A stretch of DNA of 64,000 nt from Candidatus Pelearchaeum maunauluense. GTDB taxonomy: Archaea; Thermoproteota; Nitrososphaeria_A; Caldarchaeales; Caldarchaeaceae. The stretch lies in the NCBI GenBank assembly GCA_030059675.1, contig JANVYQ010000003.1, positions 35,547 through 99,546 on the forward strand. The letters run 5' to 3'. The notes beneath the pieces are model-generated. The model was not told the DNA's origin and did not search any database. It was given only the letters and a program-made list of their open reading frames with translations. Both the position numbers and the translations under genes were made by a program. This document shows, one piece after another, positions 41,891 through 51,355 of the stretch. Each line of letters begins with the position of its first letter. The stretch's first letter is position 1.

Positions 41891-41970
41891 GCCCCGCTAC
41901 CCGCCTTAAGCTCCACCGAGACACGGTGCACCACCCGTCAATGAGGGTGGAGTGTTGGTGGCGGGGCACA
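41891..41970 (+). ncRNA. Candidate H/ACA-like guide sRNA / structured RNA: 11-bp GC-rich lower stem, asymmetric internal loop, 7-bp upper stem, apical GA-rich loop, ACA triplet immediately 3' of the stem
   Basis: GCCCCGCTACC pairs with GGTGGCGGGGC; CTCCACC pairs with GGTGGAG; ACA at 41968-41970. It is not a tRNA (no T-arm, no U8). Confidence 0.3.
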
Positions 41971-42039
41971 TACCAACTCTCACGTTGGAAAAGTTAAAAA
42001 TTGTTCCTCATGCGCAATTTAGGTAAAAGGTGCTTATGG

Positions 42040-43134
42040 ATGGACATAGAAACAAGGATGGAGCTGATACTTAGAGAACCGACGGAGGAGGTCATAACCG
42101 TTGAAGAGCTACGCCAACTTCTGGAGACCGAATCACATCCCGTAGCTTATGACGGGTTTGAGCCTAGCGGGCTGGCCCACATCCCCTTCGGCATACTTAG
42201 AGCAATAAAGCTCCGCGACATAATCGAGGCAGGCTGCAGATTTAAGCTCCTCCTAGCAGATTGGCACGCCATGATAAACAACAAAATGGGCGGTGATTTG
42301 CAGAAGATTAGACGCGTGGGGGAATATTTTATAGAGGTGTGGAAGGCGTCTGGAATAGATGTCGCTAAAGTCGAGATTGTGTGGGCGAACGATTTGGCCA
42401 GCGACCCAGATTATTGGTGGCTTGTAATACAGGTGGCCCGAAACTCAACGCTGAAGAGAATCCTAAGATGCTTGCCAATAATGGGGCGGCGCGAGGGAGA
42501 GCTACAGGAGGCGGCGCAGATAATATACCCAGCAATGCAGGTAGCGGATATCTTCAAACTAGAGGCAAAGATATGCCAGCTAGGGCTAGACCAGAGGAGG
42601 GCAAACATACTCGCGCGAGAGCTGGGGCCGAAGCTGGGATATTGGAAGCCCGTAGCAGTGCATCACCACATGCTGATGGGGCTCTCAGGCCCTATCACTC
42701 CTGCTGGTCTTGAAGATGAGAGCGAGGAGCTTGATGTGGAGATTAGCTCGAAGATGAGTAAGAGCAAGCCCGAAACAAGCATCTTCGTCCATGACGACCT
42801 AGAGACTATAAGGAGCAAGCTCATGTCGGCATATTGTCCGCCAAAGCAGACCGCGGGAAACCCAGTATTGGAGTACTGCAAGTATGTCATATTCAGGATG
42901 AATAGAGAGCTTGACGTTGATAGGCCAGCGAAATACGGCGGGCCGGTACAATATAGTAGCTATAAAGAACTTGAGCGGGACTATATGGAAGGCCGATTAC
43001 ATCCCCTAGACCTTAAGAATGCTGTGGCGGAGGCGCTTTATAAGATACTCGAACCAATACGGGAGCACTTTAAAAAAGACCCAAGGGCACGAGAGCTGTA
43101 TGAGTTTGTCAAATCCCAGGAAATAACTAGATGA
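42040..43134 (+). CDS. tyrS: Class I aminoacyl-tRNA synthetase of the Tyr/Trp subfamily, most likely tyrosyl-tRNA synthetase
   Basis: YDGFEPSGLAHIPFG (HIGH region), LLADWHAMINNK, KMSKS; 365-377 aa. Confidence 0.6.
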   Translation: MDIETRMELILREPTEEVITVEELRQLLETESHPVAYDGFEPSGLAHIPFGILRAIKLRDIIEAGCRFKLLLADWHAMINNKMGGDLQKIRRVGEYFIEVWKASGIDVAKVEIVWANDLASDPDYWWLVIQVARNSTLKRILRCLPIMGRREGELQEAAQIIYPAMQVADIFKLEAKICQLGLDQRRANILARELGPKLGYWKPVAVHHHMLMGLSGPITPAGLEDESEELDVEISSKMSKSKPETSIFVHDDLETIRSKLMSAYCPPKQTAGNPVLEYCKYVIFRMNRELDVDRPAKYGGPVQYSSYKELERDYMEGRLHPLDLKNAVAEALYKILEPIREHFKKDPRARELYEFVKSQEITR

Positions 43135-43320
43135 AGCTTTCCAATGGCCGAGGGGTTTAAAATACATCCAACTAAAGTGATAAAGTATGCGCCTTTACCT
43201 AAGCTAATCACCACACAGTGATAACAAAACAATAATTAACCCCGAATAGATTTAATAGTTGTAGGGTAGGGGTAGTGTTTCTTTTGGAGTCAAAACATCT
43301 AGAACGAGTGGAACAGAATC

Positions 43321-45960
43321 ATGAACCAGGTAGTTGAAATTCCTAGGAAAGTAATTAAGAGAGACGGCCGCGTGGTCGACTTTGACCAGAGCCGTATACG
43401 CGAAGCTGTAAGGAAGGCCATGCTTTCCGTGGGCGAGGTTGACGAACAGAAGCTAGCCGAGGTAGTGAATTACGTGCTTAGGGTTTTGGCGGAAAAATAT
43501 GGTACGGCCAAGATGCCTCATGTGGAGGATATACAGGATATAGTCGAGCTAGCCTTAACCAAGTTTGACCTCTATGAAGTAGCTAAGGCGTACATCCTCT
43601 ACCGTAAGGAGCGAGAGCGAATACGTGAAGAGAAGAAGCGTATTCTGGAGCGCGACTATGTGGATGAGGTGGATAAGAAGTTCTCGATTAATGCCATCCG
43701 CTTAATGGCTTCACGTTATTTACTCCGCGACAACACGGGAAGGCTGATTGAAGGGCCTAAGCAGCTTTTCCAAAGGGTAGCGGCGCTCATAGTAATCCCA
43801 GACATACTTTACGACTCGCGTATATTTGATAAGGATGGAAAGCAGCCCAGATGGGAGCTTGATAACTTCAACCCAGTGGAGTATGAAGGTAAGCTGGGGC
43901 TTGGAAGAACAGAAGACGGCTCTTATGAGGTTACGTGGAATAAGCATCATCTTGAACGTATGAGAAGCCTTTACGAATATCTAAACGACCAGGGGAAGAT
44001 GCGCGTATCGTGGAGTCAGTTTATAGAAAAGCTAAAGAATGGAGAGTTTGAGGAATATTATAAGAATTATAGGGAATATTACGAGCTAATGGTTGATAAG
44101 AAGTTCATGCCCAACAGCCCCACGCTCTTTAACGCGGGGGCTAGATTAGGGCAGTTGAGCGCCTGTTTCGTACTGCCTGTTGAGGATGATATGGAGAGTA
44201 TTATGAAGTCTGCCCGCGACGCTGCCATGATATTCAAATCAGGAGGAGGAATCGGAATAAACTATTCTCCACTCAGGCCTGAGGGAGACACCGTTTTTTC
44301 AACATTTGGAGTAGCATCAGGTCCCGTGTCTTTCATGCGCATAATAGACGTAGTAACAGACGTTGTAAAACAAGGCGGGAAAAGACGCGGCGCCAACATG
44401 GGAATACTAGAGATATGGCACCCAGATATAGAGAAGTTCGTAACCGCGAAATCTAAGGAAGGCTTTCTAGAGAACTTTAACATCTCAGTCCTCATAACAC
44501 CAGATTTCTGGAGCTACTATCATGCGAATAAGCCATATCCGTTGATAAACCCGCGTGATAAGAGCGTATGGCGAACTATAGACCCGAAACACTTGTTCAG
44601 GGAAATCGCAGACATGGCTTGGAAGACGGCAGACCCAGGGGTATTATTCTTAGACAACATAAACCGCAGGAACCCGCTGAAGAAGATATACGGCGATATA
44701 CGCTCCACCAACCCCTGCGGCGAACAGCCTTTATACCCATACGAGTCGTGCAACCTAGGCTCAATCAACCTATATGCATTTGCTAAAAACGATGGCGGGA
44801 AGCTCTTTATTGATTGGAGCGAGTTAGAGAAGGCTGTAAAAATCGCCCTACGCTTTCTCGATAATGTGATTGATGTGAATAATTATCCAATACGCGAGAT
44901 TGGGGAGATGACAAAGAAAACACGAAGAGTTGGCCTGGGAATAATGGGGTTGGCTGATTTGCTCTATGCCCTACGAATACCCTATAACAGTGAAGAAGGC
45001 TTTGCGTTGATGAGCAAACTCATGGAGTTCATATCCTATCACGCTATTAAGTCTTCTGTAGAGCTTGCTAAGGAGCGTGGTTCTTTCCCCGACTATCATA
45101 AATCAGCGTATGCAGAGGGCAAGCTACCCATAGAGGGCTACTATCATCGTGAGTGGTGGACCATGGATTGGGATTCTCTGGCCGAGGACATACGGCGATA
45201 CGGCATACGTAACTCTCACACAACAACCGTAGCGCCTACAGGAAGCATATCCATGCTGGTTGATGTTTCATCAGGGCTGGAGCCCCAGTTCGCCATAGTA
45301 TTTGAGAAACGGGTTAGCGTAGGAACGTTCTACTACACCGACCTAGAGTTTGAGCGTCAGATGAAGGAATTAGGTCTCTACAAAGAGACCTTACTAAAGA
45401 AGATATCAGATAATGGCGGCTCTCTTCAGGGTATTGAAGAAATACCAGAAGAGCTAAGGAGAGTATTCCTAGTTGCGTATGATGTGCCATGGTGGGACCA
45501 TATACGTGCTCAGTATGAGATACAGAAGTGGGTAGACGCGTCCGTGAGTAAGACGATAAACATGCCGAGCTGGGTTACTGTTGATGATGTTATGAAAGCA
45601 TACTTATTCGCCTACAACCTAGGCCTTAAGGGCATCACAATATACCGCGACTCATCCAAAAGTGCGCAAGTGCTTGTAACACCTTCGCAGAGACTCAGCC
45701 GTTACATAGCAGTAACGCCGAATAAAACTCTGCAGATGATGGAGAAGCTTGGAGTAAAACCCTCTATCGGTACCGAAGACTTACAGCAGGAAGCCGCTCA
45801 GAAAAAACAGATATCACTAGTCACGTCTGTTGAGGGTCCGAGTGTCTCTGAAGATAGACAAGATGAAGCTTGTCCATCTTGCGATAGTACAAACTTAGTA
45901 TATCAGGAAGGTTGTATTAAATGTCTTGATTGTGGATGGTCAAGCTGTGTAGTGGCTTAG
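43321..45960 (+). CDS. nrdJ: Class II (adenosylcobalamin-dependent) ribonucleotide reductase with N-terminal ATP-cone and C-terminal Zn ribbon
   Basis: VIKRDGRVVDFDQSRIREAV ATP-cone; NPCGEQPL active-site region; CPSCDSTNLVYQEGCIKCLDCGW; 879 aa (no intein). Confidence 0.85.
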   Translation: MNQVVEIPRKVIKRDGRVVDFDQSRIREAVRKAMLSVGEVDEQKLAEVVNYVLRVLAEKYGTAKMPHVEDIQDIVELALTKFDLYEVAKAYILYRKERERIREEKKRILERDYVDEVDKKFSINAIRLMASRYLLRDNTGRLIEGPKQLFQRVAALIVIPDILYDSRIFDKDGKQPRWELDNFNPVEYEGKLGLGRTEDGSYEVTWNKHHLERMRSLYEYLNDQGKMRVSWSQFIEKLKNGEFEEYYKNYREYYELMVDKKFMPNSPTLFNAGARLGQLSACFVLPVEDDMESIMKSARDAAMIFKSGGGIGINYSPLRPEGDTVFSTFGVASGPVSFMRIIDVVTDVVKQGGKRRGANMGILEIWHPDIEKFVTAKSKEGFLENFNISVLITPDFWSYYHANKPYPLINPRDKSVWRTIDPKHLFREIADMAWKTADPGVLFLDNINRRNPLKKIYGDIRSTNPCGEQPLYPYESCNLGSINLYAFAKNDGGKLFIDWSELEKAVKIALRFLDNVIDVNNYPIREIGEMTKKTRRVGLGIMGLADLLYALRIPYNSEEGFALMSKLMEFISYHAIKSSVELAKERGSFPDYHKSAYAEGKLPIEGYYHREWWTMDWDSLAEDIRRYGIRNSHTTTVAPTGSISMLVDVSSGLEPQFAIVFEKRVSVGTFYYTDLEFERQMKELGLYKETLLKKISDNGGSLQGIEEIPEELRRVFLVAYDVPWWDHIRAQYEIQKWVDASVSKTINMPSWVTVDDVMKAYLFAYNLGLKGITIYRDSSKSAQVLVTPSQRLSRYIAVTPNKTLQMMEKLGVKPSIGTEDLQQEAAQKKQISLVTSVEGPSVSEDRQDEACPSCDSTNLVYQEGCIKCLDCGWSSCVVA

Positions 45961-46071
45961 AATAGGAAATACCGCTAAATCATATTTTAGGTTTTTGAAT
46001 TTAATCCAGCTTCTCAAGGATTAATAATTAGCTTGCTTCTCTGGCCGACGACTAGTGGGCGGTGAAGCTGT

Positions 46072-47544
46072 ATGTCATTTGACTTTACACCCACGCTAAA
46101 CACATTGATAATACTAACTGTAATATCGCCCTTGTTCTCCTATGCTTCACGTAGGACGGGAGTCAGGCTGCTTGCCGATGCATACGCTATAATGGCGTTT
46201 GCGGCAAGCCTCATAATAGCTCTCACACAGTTCTCAGAAGTAGCTACTAACGGGCCTATAATTAGAGTAGCTGGGGAAGATCCCCTAACATCTACGGTAA
46301 TTTACGTGGACCAACTCGCCATGTATGTTGCGGGAATTTTCATATTCATAGGCCTGCTGGCTGCGATTTTCTCGGTTGGATATATTGAGGAGAGGAAGCC
46401 GGAGTATTATCCGCTTCTTCTCACCATGGTTACGGGAATGGTTGGGGTGGCGTTTGCAGGCGACCTCTTTCTACTCTTCATCTTCTGGGAGATGATGTCA
46501 ATCTCGTCATACTTGCTTGTGGCTTTCAGGTATAGAAACTGGGAGGCCGTAGAAGCTTCCTTCAAATATCTAATCATTAGTGCTGCTGGCGCGGCGGCTA
46601 TACTGTTTGCTATGTCCTTCCTCTATGGAATGGTGGGTACGCTTAATATAGCTATACTCGCAGAGACCCTAGCTACTGGCGTTGCCGCTGGCGAGTTCTG
46701 GAGCTACGTCATCATAGCTCTGCTAGTGGCAGGGTTCGGCGTCAACGCGGCCATGTTCCCATTCCATTCATGGCTTCCAGACGCGCACCCAGCAGCCCCA
46801 AGCCCCATAAGCGCTATGCTGTCGGGAGTTGTCATAAAAACGGGAATATACGCGCTATTCAGAATCATGACCTTCGTATTCCCAGCAACGCTGTTCGACT
46901 GGAGTATAGTTCTCGCCATCTTCGCCGTACTAACCATGACCGTGGGAAACCTTATGGCATTATTGCAAGAGGACATTAAGCGCCTCCTAGCGTTTAGCTC
47001 AATAGCCCACATAGGGTATATACTGCTTGCCCTATCGATATTCAGCGTAGGCGGCCTAGCTGGGGGGCTCCTTCATATATTAAACCACGCCAGCATGAAG
47101 GCGCTTCTCTTCCTTGCCGCGGGAGCTTTTATCCACGCCACTGCCACGCGAAACATAGACGAGCTAGCTGGAATCGGTAGGACGATGCCCATCTCAGCGG
47201 TGGCGTTCACGATAGGAGCATTCTCGCTAGCTGGAATACCAGGTCTAAACACATTTTGGAGCGAAGCCCAGATAATAATAGCTGGAATAGAAGCAGGCTT
47301 TACAGTATTCGTTGTGATAATGATAATTAACATATTGATAAGCGTAGCCTACTACCTACGGCTTGTTCAGACAATCTTCTTTAAGCCACCGTCGGAGAAA
47401 GCTATGAAGGCTCACGATGGAAGCGTCAGCATGATAACGCCATTGATACTCCTTTCAATACTCGCGATAGTAATCGGAGTTTATCCAGCACCATTCTTTA
47501 AAACGGTTTTCAACATAGCCCGAATACTCATAGCCAGCCCTTAA
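46072..47544 (+). CDS. nuoN: NuoN/MnhD-family proton-pumping antiporter-like subunit, isolated from other nuo genes
   Basis: 14 TM helices, FLLFIFWEMMSISSYLLVAF and other NuoN-type motifs. Confidence 0.65.
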   Translation: MSFDFTPTLNTLIILTVISPLFSYASRRTGVRLLADAYAIMAFAASLIIALTQFSEVATNGPIIRVAGEDPLTSTVIYVDQLAMYVAGIFIFIGLLAAIFSVGYIEERKPEYYPLLLTMVTGMVGVAFAGDLFLLFIFWEMMSISSYLLVAFRYRNWEAVEASFKYLIISAAGAAAILFAMSFLYGMVGTLNIAILAETLATGVAAGEFWSYVIIALLVAGFGVNAAMFPFHSWLPDAHPAAPSPISAMLSGVVIKTGIYALFRIMTFVFPATLFDWSIVLAIFAVLTMTVGNLMALLQEDIKRLLAFSSIAHIGYILLALSIFSVGGLAGGLLHILNHASMKALLFLAAGAFIHATATRNIDELAGIGRTMPISAVAFTIGAFSLAGIPGLNTFWSEAQIIIAGIEAGFTVFVVIMIINILISVAYYLRLVQTIFFKPPSEKAMKAHDGSVSMITPLILLSILAIVIGVYPAPFFKTVFNIARILIASP

Positions 47545-47606
47545 AATTATCCCTCTCACGTTTTTAAGATACTTCCACCTTACATACAATAGACAGGTGA
47601 CGCATA

Positions 47607-48731
47607 TTGCCGCGGCAAACAAAGAAGAAGGAACAGGAAGACGGGAAAAAACAATACTCGGTACTAAAGGTACGTGAAGAAATAGTTGGAAAGCTCAAGA
47701 AATTGGGAGAACGTGTGCTCTCGTATCTGGAGCGTGGCGAGTTCCCAGAGATAGAGCTCCCCTCACGAACCACAACAAACATAGAATACAATAGCGAATT
47801 AAGACAATACGTGCTCGGCTCAAAGACGGTAACGCGCACTACACGCAATATAAAGCATCTAAGACCATTTACACAGCTTATGTGGATGGCTATGTTCGCA
47901 AAGCAGCTTGTTGAAACGAGGAAAACCAGCACACTTAGGGATGCGTTTTATAACGCTATAGGTTTCGGAATAGATTTTGAAGACCAGCAGGAAAGCGATG
48001 AAACGGTAACTGAGTTGGAGACGTTGGTAGGAACTGTGCGGGAGGACTTTAACATATATCCCGAAGAACGTTCAAGCGTATTTGGGAGGCTAGTTATAGA
48101 ATATACCGTCCCAGGATATGAGGGTAGGCGCCTTGACCTAACTACAATACCTGACGGCGCTATGATTGGGCCCGCTATGACTACTGCAGAATTTGTTAGA
48201 TGCGATGCTGAGCAGGTATTTGTTGTTGAGAAGGGCGCTGTCTATCAGAGATTTTTAGAAGAGAACGTAAGCGATAGACATAAGGCTATAATAATTCATA
48301 CGGCTGGTCAGGCTCCCAGGGCTACGCGCAGGTTCGTCAGAAGACTTAACCAGGAGCTCAACCTTCCCGTCTATATCTTCACCGACGGAGACCCATGGGG
48401 TATGCATATTGCGAGTGTGTTGATTTACGGCTCGGCGTTGGCGGCTCACGTGAGGGAGCTCAACGTGCCAGACGCTATATGGGCAGGCCTATGGGCAAGC
48501 GACATCAGCAAATACAAACTACCAGCTATGCGGTTTAATGACGAAGACGCGAGGAGAATAGTCGAGTTGGAGCGCGACCCGCGATACGTCTCCGACCCGT
48601 GGAAGAGGGAGATAGCTGTCTTCAAGAAGATCCAAAGGAAGGCGGAGCTTGAGGCCTTGAGCCGCTATGGACTGGAATACATAGTCACAGATTACCTGCC
48701 AGAAAAGCTGGCCGAGGTGACAAAAAGATAA
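47607..48731 (+). CDS. top6A: DNA topoisomerase VI subunit A (Spo11 family)
   Basis: 5Y-CAP STLRDAFYNA, Toprim VVEKGAVYQRF and FTDGDPWG; TTG start. Confidence 0.85.
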   Translation: MPRQTKKKEQEDGKKQYSVLKVREEIVGKLKKLGERVLSYLERGEFPEIELPSRTTTNIEYNSELRQYVLGSKTVTRTTRNIKHLRPFTQLMWMAMFAKQLVETRKTSTLRDAFYNAIGFGIDFEDQQESDETVTELETLVGTVREDFNIYPEERSSVFGRLVIEYTVPGYEGRRLDLTTIPDGAMIGPAMTTAEFVRCDAEQVFVVEKGAVYQRFLEENVSDRHKAIIIHTAGQAPRATRRFVRRLNQELNLPVYIFTDGDPWGMHIASVLIYGSALAAHVRELNVPDAIWAGLWASDISKYKLPAMRFNDEDARRIVELERDPRYVSDPWKREIAVFKKIQRKAELEALSRYGLEYIVTDYLPEKLAEVTKR

Positions 48732-48777
48732 CTGTAAGCATCAGGAAGATACATATACAGAGAGGGCGGGCTCTTAA

Positions 48778-49563
48778 TTGCTGAAACTCATAGAAGGCGC
48801 TCCCGCAATAACCCTTGACAAGCCCAAAAGGACACTAGTAGTCTCTGATCTTCACCTAGGCTTTGAGGAGGAACTGCTGGCTCAGGGGATTAAGGTTCCG
48901 CCACAGAGCTGGAGGATAATACAAAACATAGCGCAACTCGTTAAAAGAGTAGATGCAAGCCGTCTAATAATCTTAGGTGATGTGAAACATCAGTTTACAG
49001 GACCTTCTAGGCTTGAATGGAGGATGCTTCCTCGTCTTTTTGATGAGCTATGCGCGGTAGTTAAAGAGATTATGATTCTTCCTGGAAATCATGATGGTGG
49101 GATAAGGAAAATATTGAGTGATAAAGTCATCTTTTTACCCACACGGGGCTATTTCGTTAAGGAGGAAAAAATCGGGCTAGTTCATGGGCATGTATGGCCC
49201 TCTAAACAGCTTCTTGACGCTGAGATAATAATCGCGGGACATTTGCACCCGTTTATAGCCTTTCACGGAGAGGCTGGGACTGTTAAAAGACGCGTCTGGC
49301 TTAGAATGAGAGGCAGCAAAGCCGCGCTAGCTGAGAAGGTACTCAAGAAACCAGTAAAAAGATACCGTGGAGAGATTACGTTGCTCATAATGCCCAGCTT
49401 TAATGACCTACTCTCAGGAACTACGGTAACGAACATTGAGGAGATAAGCAGAGGCCATGGACCTCTCCTCAGGTCTGGTATCTTCGACTTAGCCAGGGCT
49501 GAGGTTATAACTATAGATGGGGCTAGTCTTGGTTGTTTAGCATCACTTGAGCTGGAGGCATAA
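48778..49563 (+). CDS. Calcineurin-like metallophosphoesterase (ICC-type, COG1407-like)
   Basis: VVSDLHLG, ILGDV, GNHD, VHGH motifs. Confidence 0.7.
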   Translation: MLKLIEGAPAITLDKPKRTLVVSDLHLGFEEELLAQGIKVPPQSWRIIQNIAQLVKRVDASRLIILGDVKHQFTGPSRLEWRMLPRLFDELCAVVKEIMILPGNHDGGIRKILSDKVIFLPTRGYFVKEEKIGLVHGHVWPSKQLLDAEIIIAGHLHPFIAFHGEAGTVKRRVWLRMRGSKAALAEKVLKKPVKRYRGEITLLIMPSFNDLLSGTTVTNIEEISRGHGPLLRSGIFDLARAEVITIDGASLGCLASLELEA

Positions 49564-49566
49564 GAC

Positions 49567-49917
49567 TTGAGCGACCCCGCGGAGACGCTTCAACAACTCG
49601 CACGGGAATATCCATCTCTCTTTGACGAAGCATATCAGGCTGTTAGAGAGGGAAAGGTAAAGAAATACTGCTTCTATCCAAGCGGTAAGGTGGAGTGGAT
49701 AGTAGTAGGGAGAAACCGCGACTACCTCATACTCCCAGAAGCCAACTACTGTAGTTGTGAAGATTTCTTCTTCCGCGTACTAAGCCAAGAAAAACCCATG
49801 TGCTACCACATACTGGCCGTCAGAATAGCAACGCTAACAGGCAGATACGAGGAAATACAAGAAGCAGACCACTGGCGTAGAAGACTGATAAAAGAATGGA
49901 TACCCAGAGAGGAATAA
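49567..49917 (+). CDS. Small SWIM zinc-finger protein
   Basis: YCSCEDFFFRVLSQEKPMCYHIL = CxCx15CxH SWIM signature; 3-nt gap after the phosphoesterase. Confidence 0.5.
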   Translation: MSDPAETLQQLAREYPSLFDEAYQAVREGKVKKYCFYPSGKVEWIVVGRNRDYLILPEANYCSCEDFFFRVLSQEKPMCYHILAVRIATLTGRYEEIQEADHWRRRLIKEWIPREE

Positions 49918-49921
49918 ACTC

Positions 49922-49930
49922 TAAAATAGG
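49922..49930 (+). promoter_or_regulatory. TATA box (TAAAATA) about 25 nt upstream of tRNA-Ser
   Basis: Position and composition typical of archaeal tRNA promoters. Confidence 0.4.
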
Positions 49931-49952
49931 AAACAACACATAGTGTTTTGGG

Positions 49953-50065
49953 GCCGGGGTCGGGTAGTCCGGCTAGCTCGCCGGCCTCGAGATCCGCTCT
50001 ATTAAGCTGGTCAGGATAGCCGGTGGCCTTCTCGGGCCGCGTGGGTTCAAATCCCACCCCCGGCG
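49953..50065 (+). tRNA. tRNA-Ser (anticodon CGA), type II with 17-nt variable arm and a 26-nt intron at the canonical 37/38 position (about 49992..50017)
   Basis: Acceptor GCCGGGG/CCCCGGC, G73, D-arm GGGT-AGTCCGGCTA-GCTC (A14, G18G19, A21), anticodon stem CCGGC/GCCGG flanking CTCGAG-intron-A, T-arm GTGGGTTCAAATCCCAC. Length 113 = 87 + 26. Confidence 0.75.
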
Positions 50066-51240
50066 TTTTTCTTATGTGTTCGTCTTTTAAGGAATAGGTA
50101 TAATGGTAGAGCAATCGTTGCCAGCGGTGCGCTGCCAACTACTAGTATTAAGAGTCCTCTCAGGATGGTGTAGAGTAGTGTCACGCCGGTTATGAAGGGC
50201 TCTGTTGGGTCTATGTCGTGTAGCGTGGGTTTTGCGGGTTGTAGTATGCTGACAGTTATCTGTGATGTATCTGAAGTTTTTGTCTCCATATTACGTGTCT
50301 CCCCCAAAGCTGTTATCTTGGAGATAAGCTCATCAAAAATATCCGCAGGGACGTTAGCCACGATTTCGCCTGACCATCTCTCATTAGCAACTCTAAGTGA
50401 AGACCTTACCACATACCCTCCAGAATCGCGGGCTAGCTTTTCAATAACCGCGAGTGTGTTTGCCACATCTTGGCTCTCTAGGATTATGAACGCGGAGCGC
50501 GGCTTTGTTGGTAGCTGAGCCTGTAGTAGCTCAACCCTAATAGTAGAGAAACTGACTGTATTCTCGAGATAGTTTATCCTGCCAGTTAGACGTTCTATCT
50601 CTCCCCTCACCCTCTCCAGCTCCCTCTCCATACTCAGCAAATCATCAACGCTGGCTGCAAGCCTCATGGTTTCCAGTAATCTCTCTTCTTGACGCAGTAG
50701 ATTATCACGGCGGGCACGTAGGTCTATATATTCCTCGGTAACATCATCGCTCTGAGTATTCTTTTCCACCACTCGTCCAAGGGTCTCTATGTCAGCTATG
50801 GCCTGGTAGAAACTGTTACGTGGAACCCGTATTGTGATCGAGGCTACTTGTTTTCCATTAATTATAGTTGATGAGGTACCTGCAACGTATCCACCCAATT
50901 CTTTAGCCACATTAGCAATCTCATCCATTACATCCCCAACGTTATTTACCTCTAGCTTAATATTGGCCGTGAACGCTATCATCCTACCCAAATCACCAAC
51001 TTGATTATCTCTTCTCACAGCATACTCAAGTTGCTCCATTATGGTAGTGGCTGTTTGAATACGCGTAACTGTTGTAACACCCGATACGGGTTGTCCACTC
51101 ATCACAAAATCATCTATAGATGCTGGGCGGCTGGCTTGTGGTTTTTGCTAGGTTAAACTCCCTGCTACCATGCCAACAATTATCAAAATCGTTATAACTA
51201 CTAGCAGCTTTACATGCTTATTCTTAGCCAACCTGCGCAT
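50047..51240 (-). pseudogene. DUF4349-like membrane-anchored protein (TM anchor, two repeated domains, coiled coil, C-terminal TM) with an in-frame TAG at 51148-51150 between the N-terminal anchor and the body. Its 3' end overlaps the tRNA-Ser 3' end on the opposite strand
   Basis: ATG at 51240 gives MRRLAKNKHVKLLVVITILIIVGMVAGSLT, then TAG, then in the same frame QKPQASRPASIDDFVMSGQPVSGV... (the track ORF starts at 51105). Confidence 0.45.
50066..50070 (+). terminator. Oligo-T tract directly after the tRNA-Ser 3' end
   Basis: TTTTT immediately downstream of the discriminator. Confidence 0.35.
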
Positions 51241-51355
51241 GTACTCTGATTGGTTTATGGAGTTGTATAGTTCTAGCGTTTAGAACGAAATGTTCTAGCT
51301 GTGTGAGTTGATGCTAAATCCATAAAATACCGCATATAACTATAGTCCCTCTAGA

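Noticed and set aside
41891-41967. 7-bp acceptor-like GCCCCGC/GCGGGGC pair 77 nt apart suggested a tRNA
   Set aside because: No T-arm (GTTC-R-A) on either strand, no U8, and no D-loop G18G19; the interior folds as a rod instead. Re-interpreted as a possible H/ACA-like RNA.
43321-45960. Possible intein in the class II RNR
   Set aside because: 879 aa is the normal size for archaeal NrdJ with ATP-cone and Zn ribbon; no Hint-domain blocks were seen.
49986-49992. CTCGAGA read as an anticodon loop closed by TCCGC
   Set aside because: The neighbouring 5-mers do not pair. The true anticodon stem is CCGGC (49981-85) with GCCGG (50019-23), which places a 26-nt intron after position 37.
16877-51150. 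In-frame TGA (livG, after UPF0182) and TAG (MalK-like, DUF4349-like) as evidence of stop-codon reassignment (TAG=Gln, TGA=Gly/Trp)
   Set aside because: TAG and TGA clearly terminate intact short genes here. The 47-aa RHH gene ends at TAG and its frame would otherwise run on for more than 100 codons. iorA ends at TAG, and livG, the chimera and UPF0182 end at TGA before the next gene. A standard code with genuine nonsense mutations is the simpler reading.
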